DNA from: Naegleria gruberi
Lineage: Eukaryota
Length of the DNA: 64,000 nucleotides
Assembly (NCBI GenBank): GCA_000004985.1
Contig: GG738846.1
Strand: one strand, 5' to 3'
A model generated the notes under the pieces. The model was not told the DNA's origin and ran no database searches. It saw only the letters and a list, made by a program, of their open reading frames with translations. Below are positions 52,928-64,000 of this stretch, piece after piece; position 1 is the first letter of the stretch; every line of letters starts with the position of its first letter. The position numbers and the translations under genes were made by a program.

Positions 52928-55900
52928 CTAATTAATGGGTTGATAGTATTGAGGAAAGGTTTTTTTTGATTCATAAAGTAAATATTGCAATTGTCGAGAG
53001 ATAGACTCAAAGGATGGTCGACTATTTGGATCCTCACTCCAACACAATTTCATCAAATCCAAATACTTATCCGAAATGGCAACAAGAGACGAGGTAGAGA
53101 AGGAATTATTGAATGGCAGTACAAATTCCTCAAGCCACAATATTTCCTCCTCTCTATTGGTGAATGGAATAACTGGTCTTTCTCCATTCAATACATGAAA
53201 GAGAATGTTGAATTCATTCATTTTTGAATTGTTTGGTATGAATTTGTAAACTTTTTTGGAATTGTAATTCAAATATGGAGCTTCTTCAAAAAATAATTCC
53301 CACATGATAATTCCAAATGAATAAACGTCTACTTTTGTGGTATATTTTGGAGAGTCATTAATCATCTCAATTGCAATGTAACATGTACTGCCTATTTGTT
53401 TGGTAGCTCCAAGACTTGTAGACAAGACCTTACTGAGACCAAAATCACATACCCTAGCATTGCCTCCATCTGAGAGAAGTATATTTCCTGGTTTTAAATC
53501 TCTATTAAATAAATACATAAATTCATATCAGAAAGATTACAAAATTGAGAAACAAACCTGTGAACTATTTGTTGAGAGTGTAAATATGACATTCCAGTGG
53601 CAACATCAACAAGAATACTCAGTTTTTGAGCAAGAGTCAAAGATTCCTTTCCTATTTTACAATTATAAATCAACTTGTCGAGACTTCCTCTAGGATAATA
53701 TTCCACAATCATAAACTTTCTATTGTCAGAGATACAGACACCATATAATTTAACAATGGAAGGATGATCTAACATGTTCAGTACAGCAACTTCTCTTTCA
53801 AATTCTTCATCTTGCAAGGTATCATCTGTTTTCAAAGATTTCAATGCGACATCTTTTGATTTCCACTTTCCAAGCCAAATAGTTCCATTTCCTCCTTCTC
53901 CAATCTTGTTAATTATTTCAATATCTTCCAATGGAATAATCAATCGTGACTTTTTCACACTTGATGAGCTCGAATGATTCAAAAGCAATGGTGTAGACAT
54001 ATTGGAAGAGCTACTCACAAAGAATAATTGTCTATTATTAATCTTTCTCTCCATCATTTCCTCTGCCTTTAGTTTCTTATCAAATAGAGATGCCTTCTTA
54101 TAGACATTTCTGAAACATCTCACCAATAAGAAAATCGCTACTAACAACACAACAGTCAAGAGCATACCAAAAATTACAGAGACGGGTATGACTGTGTATA
54201 AAATGATTGGATTGAAACTATCATTTTCTAAACATACAAATACAGAGTGGAGAGGATTTTTCAAGCTCATACCTTTTGGACAATCAAGAATATTGAAAAT
54301 GAAATTCATTTGAAAAGATTCCAAGATCATGGTTGCATTCACCTTTTTCTTTTGAACATTTAAATTCAAAGAGAGGTCATTAATTATGTTAGTATGCTCT
54401 TGAGTTTGGTAGAGAATATTTGCATCTGTTGAACAATGAATTGTTGCAGGTTGACTCAAGAATTTCAAACGTTCTCCATTGTTGATTATGAAATCAGAAA
54501 ATATGATTGAGGAAATAACTTGTCCTGGATAAATGTCAATTTCCAAAACAGTTTCAGCTCCCACATTGTATTTCACAATGTTCTCAGTTGAATATTCAAT
54601 TTCCATGTGAAAAGTTGCATTAGATATTGCAAATGCAAATGTAGGTCCATAATTGTAAGCAACATTATTAGAAATTATAGCACGTTGAAAATCGATTTGT
54701 TTCGTTGCATAGACACATCCTCCAGAATTATACGCCAAATTATTACGGCAAGCACCAAATAATTTGTTTCTTCCAACATCTCTCTCAATTTCCAAATAGA
54801 GAGCTCCTCCACTATTCTTACTAGTATTATTATCAAATACAAATGCACAATTATCTAAAACGTAATTAGTTCCTATTTCCTTTCTATAGTATAGAGCTCC
54901 TCCATTATTCAATGCAGTGTTTTGAATCATGTCTGTAAACAAACTATATATTGATTCTCCATAAAAGAAGACAGCACCTCCATTTCTGGCTGTATTATTG
55001 GAGAAGGTAAATCCCTCAAATGATAAAGTGCTATATCCATAGGCATAGAGAGTTCCATCTCCATCATTGATATTTGAATCGGCATGACCAATTGCTATTC
55101 TGATATAGGAACCCTCTGAAAAATCATTCACTGACCTCATCATTCCATAACCATTCTCAAAACTACAGGCAGACATGAAAATAGTAGATACCATATCAGT
55201 GACTATTGGCATGGTGTTGCAATTTTTAAAGCGAGTTCTCACGAGTCTAAGGGAATAAGTTGCTGAAACTGATAATATTGGTTCATCTGTATTGAACTTT
55301 GTCGTTTCAAAATTGGAATCCTGAATCAATATTTGGTCTGCATTATTAACACTAAGGTATAATGAATCTTTTGCAATGAGACTATCAATGGTAGATGCTC
55401 CACAATAACGTAGAATAATTCTAGAAATGAGAAGAGTGTTGGAATTCTTGATCATTACATTATCAAATCTAAAGAGTTCTAATGTAGAATTATTCAATAT
55501 TGAATTCTCTATATGAAATAATTGAGAGGTAACCACAATATCAGTATCTGAATCCAAATGATATTTAAAGAAACTATTCAAAAATTCAGTGTTTAACATT
55601 TTGACATATTCAGAACTCATTCCATACATTTCACAATCAATAATCTTACTCTCCTTTACCAAAAGTCTATTAATTGAATTGAGTGCAGAATTTGCAAGTA
55701 CTGATCCACTCAGAGTAATATCACCATCAAATACTCTATATCTGTACATGCTAACAAAACTACCAATTTTTGAATCAATGAATCGAATGGTTTTGTACTT
55801 TTGAATGTATCTGAAATTATCCAAAGAAACATTCAAGAAGGTAATTGCCTGAGCAGACACACCACTCAAATCAAAGCCAGCCCAACTATAGGTAACATTA

Positions 55901-56454
55901 CTATTTTCCTCTGCATTAAACAATTCGAAAAACAATTCATTATAGGAATAGGAAGAGACTCCAACAGCAGGAAAGGGAAATACTCGACGATTCTCCCTAT
56001 CCATTATGAGTCTGATAATAACTGAATCTGCTGGTGCCTTCTTTTTATGCACTTGTTTCAAGAAGGCATCCACTTGTGCCAGGTTGACACATGGATTTTC
56101 AATGGTGGTACAATTCTTTGGATCCGTGGTAGGATTACTCAGTGCAGATGTAGATGATCGACTACTACTAGTAGTATGAACAGCAATCGGCTTGACATAT
56201 AAAACAGTTCCATTCACTGCTATATTATTATATATTTGAAAGATATTCTCGGAGGGCCATGAATAATTATAATAATAATATTCAGCATGATTATCATTAG
56301 CAACAATACTAGGATCATTATATTTACATTCTACCCAAAGATTGTGTGAAAAGGTGCAGAACAGTAAAATCTGCACAAAAAACAGAAACCTTGAGCGGGT
56401 AATTGATTGTTGTGGTTTGCACATTTTCTTTTTTGATGGGCAATTGATTTTCAA
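52928..56454 (-). CDS. Receptor-like protein kinase (TKL-type): signal peptide, ~700-aa ectodomain with parallel beta-helix-like repeats, TM helix, cytoplasmic kinase; 2 exons: complement(join(52928..53501,53558..56454))
   Basis: Ectodomain repeats NGGALYY / NSGGALYLE / NSGGCVYAT. TM segment IILYTVIPVSVIFGMLLTVVLLVAIFLLV. Kinase motifs IGEGGNGTIWLGKW...VALKSL, HPSIVKLYGVC, then IVHR|DLKPGNILL split by a 56-bp intron GTTTGT..tttaatag (53502..53557, phase 2), CDFGLSK, DVYSFGIIMWELF. Confidence 0.8.
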
Positions 56455-56817
56455 CTTGGAAATAGTGGTGTTAGGTTAGTGTGCCTTATTCTTGAGGCCA
56501 ATGGGCAATGAATTTAATTCACACAGAAATGAACTGCAACTTCTGAATTGAATATTGATATTTATTTTGTGTCTAGTTTAGTTTTAAAGAGTTGGGGATC
56601 ATGTTTCATTATTTGAACGTGAACTGTTGATCGTTCCTCGACGTCACCTGGATCATTTTCAAACATTGGTGGATACTTTCTATCAAAAACTGGTTCAACC
56701 ATGTAGCCTCTTTCTTTGGCCCGTGTGAAAAATTCCAAATCTTCCTTAATAAGCCAAGGTCTGTGATGACTGTTTAGAGTTCAAGTTGACAACTGAAAAT
56801 TCTCAATGTTTTTCTAC

Positions 56818-57517
56818 TTACGTATAGCTCACATAAATAATAGAATTTTCATGAGATAAATAATCACAACTGTCCAATAATTGATAATGACAAACATGAT
56901 TAAATAAAACATCACTCAAAATTAAAACATCATAGGTATGCTTTTCACCTGCAAAAGTTTCGTCCAATTTCTCACCCCAAGCATGACCTCTCACTTGAAC
57001 TCGTTTATCTTCCTTATCAAAATTTAATTCCACATTCACAGCCAAATTTGGAATCAAATCTCCATGATCAATATCTGTAATTACTACTTTAGAAGATCCC
57101 AATTTTCCACAAACTAGAGCTGGCAAACCACCAGCAGCTCCCAATTCAACAACACTCTTGTCCTTTACCAAATGTTGATTGTTGTAAAAGTATTCTCCAA
57201 TACACTTGGCAGCATTATATAAATAATTTCCCCATAAAATGTGTTCACCTTTATATTTCAAAATTTCATAATTTTCATCACACACACAAAATATTGTTTT
57301 CAATAATATTTTAAAAAACATCGGAAATCATGATGATCTTACCAATTAAACTAACTTTAACTTGAAAATCTGTTCCTTCAATATCAAATGTTTCAATTCG
57401 GGTTGGTCTTGGTTTTTTATAATAATTGTCATCCACTTTGAACATGTCTCCCTCATCGAGAGCAAGTACTAAATCCTCATCAGCCATTTTTTTAAAGTTA
57501 ATATTTTGATGATTCAA
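56818..57517 (-). CDS. METTL21/EFM-family protein-lysine N-methyltransferase (class I SAM MTase), 2 exons: complement(join(56818..57248,57343..57517))
   Basis: Exon 1 MNHQNINFKKMADEDLVLALDEGDMFKVDDNYYKKPRPTRIETFDIEGTDFQVKVSLI, then donor GTAAGA. A 94-bp intron ends ...tataaag. Exon 2 GEHILWGNYLYNAAKCIGEYF...KDKSVVELGAAGGLPALVCGKLGSSKVVITDIDHGDLIPNLAVNVELN ... VLILSDVLF. This matches the family VWDAA..L..YL..gk.VLELGAGtGL..i.aa.lGa.V..TD pattern. The start may be the second ATG (57487). It lies only 32-62 bp downstream of the preceding gene's stop. Confidence 0.65.
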
Positions 57518-57549
57518 TTAATTTGGTGAATTTATTGAATCCTTCTCAT

Positions 57550-59277
57550 TTACTTCTTTTTCTTCTTCTTCTTCTTCTTTTTCTTTGCTGGTTCACCTTG
57601 TGATGGGTTTGTGGAAGACTCGGCTACTGGTGGTTTAGAAGGTGGTGCAGAGGATTTCTTTGCTTTCTTTGATTGTTGGGCTGCTACTAATGGTTTAGAA
57701 GGTTTAGAAGAATCAGAGGATTGTTTGGATTTCTTTGAAGGTTGAGGAGCTACTTGAGTAGTTGCAGAAGAATCAGAGGATTTTTTGGATTTCTTCGATG
57801 AAGGTTGAGCTATGTCATTATCATTTTGATTCTTTCTTTTCTTTGAGGAATTATTTGGTGGTGTTACTACTGCTGGCGTTGCAGATGCATCACTTTGTTT
57901 CTTCTTTTTCTTCTTCTTCTTTTTCTTTGCTGGTTCAGCTACTGCTGGTTGTGGATTAGAAGATGATGATGCAGATGCAGAATCAGAAGATTTCTTTGAT
58001 TTCTTTGCTTGTTGGGCTACTACTAATGGTTTAGAAGAGGAAGATGATGATGAAGAGGATTTCTTTGATGAAGACTCTTTCGATGATTTAGAAGATGCTT
58101 TCTTTAACATCTGGGCTACTACTAATGGTTTAGGAGATGATGATGCAAATAATTTCTTTGGTTTCTTGGGAGGCTCTTCCACTTCTGATAAAGAATCATC
58201 ATCATCATCGTCTTCCTCTAGTTTCTTCCTTTTCTTTGAGGATTTCTTTGGTGGCTCTTCTTCTTCCATACTGAATGATTCATCATCATCATCATCATCA
58301 TCATCGGAATGGTTTATATTTGAATTAGCACGTGTTTGTCGATTTCTTTGTTCTTGTGCCCGTTGTTGATCTCGTTCTTGCTTCAATCGAGCAATAAATT
58401 CACCACCAGTGTTAGTTAATCTCTCCATCACTTGAGGCTTTTTGAGAGCATTATCCAAATGTGTTAAAGCAAACAAATTGGAATCAGGATTGGTAATATC
58501 AGCATTCTCCAAAATTGAAAAGACTTGATCGATACTATTAAGACCAGACGCCTCCACTCGTTTCTCCAAAGCCTCCTCCTCTGGTGTAAAGAAATTATAC
58601 CTCCTGGCAAGAGCATTAAAATTGACGCTCTTATTAATATCATATTTTCCTTCCATTAATTCTTTGCCAGTGAGGAAACTCTCTGCATAAAGAGTCCGGT
58701 GCTTTTTGGCCATAGTTATCACCCATCCCCATCTACACATATTCTCCAACTTTTTCTCAATGTAAATAGTGATTCTTTCAAGTGCAGCTTTTGTCATCTT
58801 CAATTCATTCATATTTCGTATTGGTTTTTGCCAATTTCTAAATCTATCATCAAAGTACCTAAGTTCATTATTAAGTTTAGGTGATTCTTTAATTACAAAT
58901 TTACATGCTCTAGCAATTCGCTGCGCCGGAATTGATTTTAATTTACCATTTTCAATTTCCAATTGAAATAATATTGTTAATATTTGTCTTCTCATGACGT
59001 GAAGTCCTGGTGCTATTTGCATAATGTGTGCCAGTCTGGTGTGCTTTTTAACAGGTTTTCTCTTCTTTTTCTTTAATTCAATCCAATCACCCTCATCAAC
59101 AACTTCAGCCAGCTCATCGGTCTCCACTTGGTTAGCTGCTAAAATTTTGTCTAATAATTTCGAACGATCTCCAATTTCCCCATCATATTCATCAACAGTT
59201 GGTGTCTTGTGCTTTTGCTTTTGTACGACACCATCGATCTTTTCAAGAGGTTTGTTGATGTTCTTCTGTTTTGGCAT
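57550..59277 (-). CDS. Hypothetical nuclear-type protein with ordered N-terminal domain and long Lys/Ser/Asp-rich C-terminal tail bearing repeated KPLVVAQQ.KK.KKSS motifs and poly-K runs
   Basis: 575-aa ORF. N-terminal 300 aa are non-repetitive (…LAHIMQIAPGLHVMRRQILTILFQLEIENGKLKSIPAQRIARACKFVIKES...). The C-terminal 250 aa hold poly-D (DDDDDDDD), three or four SKPLVVAQQAKK-type repeats and two KKKKKKKKKK(K) tracts. Confidence 0.4.
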   Translation of the reverse strand: MPKQKNINKPLEKIDGVVQKQKHKTPTVDEYDGEIGDRSKLLDKILAANQVETDELAEVVDEGDWIELKKKKRKPVKKHTRLAHIMQIAPGLHVMRRQILTILFQLEIENGKLKSIPAQRIARACKFVIKESPKLNNELRYFDDRFRNWQKPIRNMNELKMTKAALERITIYIEKKLENMCRWGWVITMAKKHRTLYAESFLTGKELMEGKYDINKSVNFNALARRYNFFTPEEEALEKRVEASGLNSIDQVFSILENADITNPDSNLFALTHLDNALKKPQVMERLTNTGGEFIARLKQERDQQRAQEQRNRQTRANSNINHSDDDDDDDDESFSMEEEEPPKKSSKKRKKLEEDDDDDDSLSEVEEPPKKPKKLFASSSPKPLVVAQMLKKASSKSSKESSSKKSSSSSSSSSKPLVVAQQAKKSKKSSDSASASSSSNPQPAVAEPAKKKKKKKKKKQSDASATPAVVTPPNNSSKKRKNQNDNDIAQPSSKKSKKSSDSSATTQVAPQPSKKSKQSSDSSKPSKPLVAAQQSKKAKKSSAPPSKPPVAESSTNPSQGEPAKKKKKKKKKKK

Positions 59278-59365
59278 TTTTTTTGAATAATTTTTTTTTC
59301 TATCTATTAAAAGAAGTCATCATTAACAATAGCATTGATTGTTGAACAAATATTTACATTTAAGA

Positions 59366-61825
59366 TTAGTAATTTAATTGTTTCATGAGTTGGGAAAAGG
59401 AAAGATTCATAGGAGATGCTGAGGCTTGTGGTTTTTTCATTGGTGAAATGTATTGATCTCGGATTTTGGAAAGTGAATTTAACCGTTCTCTTCTTACTGG
59501 TTGGTGAGAGGTCGAAGATAATGAACTGGTGTTAAAGTCACTACCAGTTGTTTCAAGAAGGTTGTGGAAAGAATTGTTATCAAGCAATAAATTTTCCAAA
59601 TTGTCATTCATTGGAACTGTTGTTTCATTGTGGTCTGTTTCAGATTGAGTTTCAGAATCTGAATAAACAATCTCTTGAGCCCTCTCATTCACAGAAAGTA
59701 ATGATGCACCATTTAGATATGGATAATTGGAAGACAGATTGGATAAAAAAGTTCCAACAATATCATCCTCATTGAAACATTGATCCTCCTCATCAATTTC
59801 CTCTTCACATTCTATAAGAACTGATCCATCACAAGGTGCACCATCCTCGTCATTGTGGTCTGTAGCAGCTAGTTCCTCCTCTTGCTCATCATCATAATAA
59901 ATAGGTAACTTAACTTCAATGTGAGGAACGTTCATCAACATATCAAAGTAGGGATAGGATGGTTCACTGTGTTCTGAAATAATATCTGATGTGTTGGCTA
60001 TATCTGCTACTGAGATTGATTCAGGAGAGGTCATTTCCTCCTCAATTACTTGAACCTTATTCTGTTGTGTTGGAATTGAGCCGTAATGGTCTTGTAATTG
60101 CAATAATTCTGTTCTCCCACTATCAGCACAGGAATAAGTAGAATGAGTTTCTTCCTCTTCTTGGTCATTCTCATTGGAAACTATTTGATCTTTTGTCAAG
60201 ATTACAATATTCTTCTTGAATATTTTGCAAGTTTCAGTTAGGAGAAATATTGAGCGAGAACTGAGCTTGTTCTGGCTCAAATCCAAATAAAGTAATTTAC
60301 TGTTGTTCTTGAGACATAAATTAATAGTATTTGTACATTCGTCCGTTATTCCATTATTCTTCAAATAAATAGTGTGAATACTTGAATTGACAGACAAGCT
60401 GCTGAATAATTTTTTAGTGATAAAATCTCCAAGGTTATTACCCTCCAAATTGAGAATGTTAATATTGATACTGTTATTGAAACTAAAATAGTAATCATTT
60501 GAAAAGAGGTCACATTCATTCAGCTCGATGCTTTTTAAAGATTTTGCATATTGCAACAGTTGACTAATTATAAAATGGCAATTCTGTTAAATGTAAGTTC
60601 ACGTTTAAATAGAAATACTTACTTGAAGATTATTGTTCGATAAGTTCAAGTATATCAAATTGGTATTAAGCATCATTCCATAACAAAGAGCTTTACACCC
60701 AAGAGCTGTGAACCTGTTGTTTTTCAAATGAAGCTTTTTCAAGTTATTCTTTTCAGTTAGATATTTTCCAATTGAAACAATACCCTTATTTGAGATTAAA
60801 TTGTTGGAAAGTATTAACTCTTGAAGAGTTGAACTTTGTTTGAGATTTTCGCATAAACACTTGATATCATTGCAAACCAATCCATTATTTGAAAGGTCTA
60901 ATATTTTGATTAGTCTAATTTCTTTGAATGGAAGTGAAAGCGTGTTAAATTTGAGATGACAATTGCTTAGATTCAATAAATTAATGTTTTTGTAATTTAT
61001 CAAATAACTAAGAGAATCGAACAAATCATCCCCACTTTCATTGCTCAAATCAATATCAAAACAAGTTGTTTCATTCATACCAGAAAGTGGTGAAAACAAA
61101 ATCAGCTCATCAATACCATTAATATCCTGCTTGATTGTTTCCAAAACCAGTGAGCTGTTAGTATGTGAATTATTGTTATTATTTGATTGTTCCTCTTCCT
61201 GTACTTGATTATCAATACTATTATTCAAATGTGATGAATCTTCCAAAACAAAGCTATTATTATTACTATACAAGTCCTTAATGTAATCCAATCCACTAAT
61301 TGATGAAGCAATCGTCGGTGGATTTGGTTCTTGCAATGATGAATGTTGATAAATTGATTGTAGGGACGATTCCAAAATATCAGAATATAATTTTGAGGCA
61401 TGAAAACTTTGATCCTTACTCTTTGGTTGTTGATTAACTTGTTGATTATTACCAAATTGTGAAGAATTAGAGAGTGATTTTGATGAGAGAGAAATCTTAA
61501 TATCCTTATTCTTTTCAAAAGTTGGGGCTAACTGAATCGAAACTGTTGGAGGTAGTGTTGACGCTGGTATTTGCACAAGTGAAACCGGATGATAATTAAC
61601 CTTATTGGAGCCTATTGAAGAAGTGTTCTGATGAGAGGGAATGGATTGTTGTTGCTTCTTATTTGGCAATGATGAAGAATTCAAATTCAAGCTACTATTA
61701 TTGCTGCTGTTATTGCTTAATATTGAATTATTGAGACTCGCCGATGATAACTTGTTACGGTAGAGTGAGGCAGTGGAACCTTTTCTAACTAGAGGGGAGG
61801 CATAATTCTCTCTGATACTATCCAT
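59366..61825 (-). CDS. Leucine-rich repeat (RNI-like) protein with Ser/Asn-rich N-terminal region, 2 exons: complement(join(59366..60583,60623..61825))
   Basis: LRR units LKQSSTLQELILSNNLISNKGIVSIGKYL, LKKLHLKNNRFTALGCKAL, LIYLNLSNNNLQ|NCHFIISQLLQYAKSLKSIELNECDLF, ILNLEGNNLGD. The 39-bp intron GTAAGT..ttaacag (60584..60622, phase 0) joins the two ORF-track ORFs in the same frame. Confidence 0.6.
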
Positions 61826-61930
61826 CTGGAATTGTGATGATAACAGGAGCAGAAGTTGGTGTGTTTGAGATTGTTTTTTTTTAAATTTGCCGCCAATTTT
61901 TGGATACGTAACGGCAATTTATTAAGGCAA

Positions 61931-63514
61931 TCAATCGGTGATTTCATAAACTGAGAATAATCTATCATTGGATGATATACAAATGGCAAATAGATTACGT
62001 ATCGTTGAGATTGTAAATTTGGTAATTTCATCTTCGAATTGTAGATATTTGACAATGTTATTGTCGGCAATATAGAGGATGGTGTGTGGAGTCTTGACAA
62101 TGAAACGATTCTCCTTGTAGAGATAGACCTCGTCGACTGTTTCATCGGCCAATCCACAAACAATTTGAATTGGTTCCTGTCTATCCTCTAATGTATCATT
62201 GAAAATGTAGAGCGTATTATCGGACACATAATAGTAGTGCTCAGATGAATTTTTACAATATTCATAGTTGAATTTGAGATGTTTTTGAGCATCTAATACC
62301 TCCATGACATTAAAGTAATGGGAGTTCAATATCTTTTTTTGTAAACTTTCAATACTTTGATTAAATTTGTCAAAATTGTAAAACTTGAAATTAGATTCAA
62401 CGTTTGGATTAATGTTTGATTTTTGTGATTGAATATCGGAAAGGCAAATTAGTATAGATTTGATATTTTCACAAACTTTAACCTTCCATTCATAATAGTA
62501 ATCATTGACTAGTAAAAATAATTCTTGTAAGTCCAAGTCATTCAGATTGGATATTAAATATTCCAAATATGAAAATATCAAACTAAATCCATTATCAATT
62601 CTATCAATAATATGATTGAAAGAGATTAACAATTTAGCATAAAAGGCTTCTTCAACGCTTGCAAACAGTTCCATATTAATATAATTCAAACGTGTAGATA
62701 TCAATTCAAAAATATCCAAATGTTCTAGTTTTACAAATACAGAGTTGGCAAAGAAGTCACTCCAACTTTTAGTGATATCTTTCCTACATTCATTAACATT
62801 CTCTAGAATTGGCAAAATATTTAATGATTTTCCAAACTTGTCAATATTCAAATCCTTCTTGTGGTTCACCTTTTTAATATGGTCCAAAGACTTGAGTCTC
62901 ATAATAGGTAATTTACCATTCAACAATAAGAGTGCTGAATAATTATTATCTAGTAATTGATTTTTCAGATACAAAATCAATAAATTCTTACTAGTTTCAA
63001 ATTTGATACATGATGTTGGCTCTAATTGTTGTTGCTGCTGATTCTGTTGATTTTGTTCCATAGCTCCCGAAACAGCCATATGGTTCGGATCAAACTTTAT
63101 CAGAAAAGTATCCAAATAATGTTCAGTTCTTGTCTTTTCCAATTTAATCCACTCAATATCATAAATTAATTCATCGCACATTAAATCCACAATAGAATTA
63201 TTATTGACTTGAATTTCCTCCAACTTGTTATCAATATGATACATTTTCATATGATTATCCACCTGATTAATTTTAATAATATATTCTCCACATGGACTAA
63301 ATTTAATTCTCTCATCACTAGAGTGCTCGATCATCAAAAGCCTCTCCATACTCGGAATTCTATACAGAAAATTATTCACCAACAAGATATCCATCGTTGT
63401 ATTCAATTCAATGGTATGAATGCTCTGAGGAAAAGCATACGATGAAATAAACTCTCCAAATTGATAGGCAGAAGTATCATCATCTTCCATGGCCACTTGT
63501 TCTTCCGAAGCCAT
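61931..63514 (-). CDS. Hypothetical protein, 527 aa
   Basis: Uninterrupted ORF, moderately hydrophilic, with a poly-Q tract (QNQQNQQQQQ). No family recognised. Confidence 0.35.
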   Translation of the reverse strand: MASEEQVAMEDDDTSAYQFGEFISSYAFPQSIHTIELNTTMDILLVNNFLYRIPSMERLLMIEHSSDERIKFSPCGEYIIKINQVDNHMKMYHIDNKLEEIQVNNNSIVDLMCDELIYDIEWIKLEKTRTEHYLDTFLIKFDPNHMAVSGAMEQNQQNQQQQQLEPTSCIKFETSKNLLILYLKNQLLDNNYSALLLLNGKLPIMRLKSLDHIKKVNHKKDLNIDKFGKSLNILPILENVNECRKDITKSWSDFFANSVFVKLEHLDIFELISTRLNYINMELFASVEEAFYAKLLISFNHIIDRIDNGFSLIFSYLEYLISNLNDLDLQELFLLVNDYYYEWKVKVCENIKSILICLSDIQSQKSNINPNVESNFKFYNFDKFNQSIESLQKKILNSHYFNVMEVLDAQKHLKFNYEYCKNSSEHYYYVSDNTLYIFNDTLEDRQEPIQIVCGLADETVDEVYLYKENRFIVKTPHTILYIADNNIVKYLQFEDEITKFTISTIRNLFAICISSNDRLFSVYEITD

Positions 63515-63810
63515 TTCAATTAATTCTGGTTATTTTTTAAATAAAAATAACAAAATAAATAAATGAAATTGGAAAAAACAAGAATTGGATTGTCATACAG
63601 CCACAAAATACATTTCCAAAATTCGAAATACATCAAGAGACGCAAATAGTTTTCATCATTTCAAAGATGGAAAATGAGCTCATGTGATGATTATTGGTAA
63701 AAATCTTCAATAATAGGCACTCGATTTCAAATCTTGAACTATTCAAAAAATAACTTGTCATGCTTAAGTCAATTCTGTTCAAAATCTTGCATTTATTGGT
63801 CATTTTGTAA

Positions 63811-64000
63811 CTACTCATAGCATCTGTCATAATATTCATTGATTGAGGAGTGTGAAATGCAAGCCGCAAATTTACCCCTGCTCATATCGTACAATTCCTT
63901 AATGGTGTCATATTTGGCATCAGGGTCATTCCTAACAATCTTTGCATGGACAACCAATTGATGAATCAATGAATGATCCTTCTCAATAAAGTGATGATTG
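63811..64000 (-). CDS. 3' end of a gene continuing beyond the window (C-terminal 60+ aa: ...EKDHSLIHQLVVHAKIVRNDPDAKYDTIKELYDMSRGKFAACISHSSINEYYDRCYE)
   Basis: The open frame on the minus strand runs from the window edge to TAG at 63811..63813. Identity not recognised. Confidence 0.4.
   Translation of the reverse strand, partial: NHHFIEKDHSLIHQLVVHAKIVRNDPDAKYDTIKELYDMSRGKFAACISHSSINEYYDRCYE

Noticed and set aside
63633-63869. 78-aa ORF 63633..63869 (-)
   Set aside because: It overlaps, in a different frame, the better-supported 3'-terminal coding frame that runs off the window edge (stop at 63811). It is hydrophilic-poor and of odd composition.
1-64000. tRNA, rRNA, transposon or prokaryotic operon content
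   Set aside because: Scanning for tRNA T-loop/D-loop signatures (GGTTCGAnTCC, cloverleaf pairing), rDNA-like segments, terminal inverted repeats or reverse-transcriptase, integrase or transposase ORFs found nothing convincing. All large ORFs are accounted for by cellular genes.

Overview
The window is eukaryotic nuclear DNA. It is AT-rich (about 30% GC), has spliceosomal GT..AG introns of about 40-300 bp, and encodes a cytosolic HSP90 and many Asn/Gln-rich low-complexity proteins. It is compact: about 28 protein-coding genes in 64 kb, some intergenic spacers of only 30-60 bp, most genes with no or one or two introns. The gene content (receptor-like TKL kinase, giant LamG/EGF adhesin, 7TM and RGS proteins, kexin, poly-N tracts) fits an amoebozoan, dictyostelid-like protist, but the lineage is my inference and is not proven. 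It is not prokaryotic: there are no CRISPR arrays, operons or IS elements.

Genes I could assign, in order:
- RGS-domain protein (194-4087)
- kexin/furin-like proprotein convertase (4276-6183)
- 3-exon 4-TM membrane protein (6591-7365)
- DEAD-box helicase with an Asn/Tyr-rich tail (7818-10688)
- acidic coiled-coil protein (10740-12683)
- RCC1-repeat protein (13076-14597)
- one giant (>3000 aa) type-I membrane adhesin of tandem LamG-like modules plus EGF repeats (14644-23650); it is split in the assembly by a 1-nt frameshift and contains a 65-N gap
- Cys-rich-ectodomain 7TM receptor with a C-terminal RGS domain (23941-28062)
- TFIIE-beta (29221-30390)
- HSP90 with one intron (30862-33053)
- TFIP11/Ntr1-like G-patch splicing factor (33286-35790)
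- Q/N-rich protein (36066-37574)
- TFIIE-alpha (37682-39061)
- SPRY plus protein-L-isoaspartate-O-methyltransferase-like fusion protein (39188-42286)
- Sel1-repeat protein (42346-42942)
- small mitochondrial-type membrane protein (43617-44218)
- compact NPL4 homologue (44387-45796)
- BCNT/Swc5 (46208-46807)
- H4-like histone-fold protein with an AT-hook and H1-like tails (47321-48127)
- casein kinase I (49745-51084)
- a Rho-family GTPase locus carrying at least four frameshifts, a probable pseudogene (52078-52849)
- receptor-like TKL kinase with a beta-helix ectodomain (52928-56454)
- METTL21-like lysine methyltransferase (56818-57517)
- LRR protein (59366-61825)
- several hypothetical proteins

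The most notable observations are the SPRY-PCMT fusion, the 7TM-RGS receptor, the H4-like chromatin protein next to Swc5, both TFIIE subunits within 8 kb, the decayed Rho GTPase, and the collapsed 610-bp tandem-repeat adhesin.
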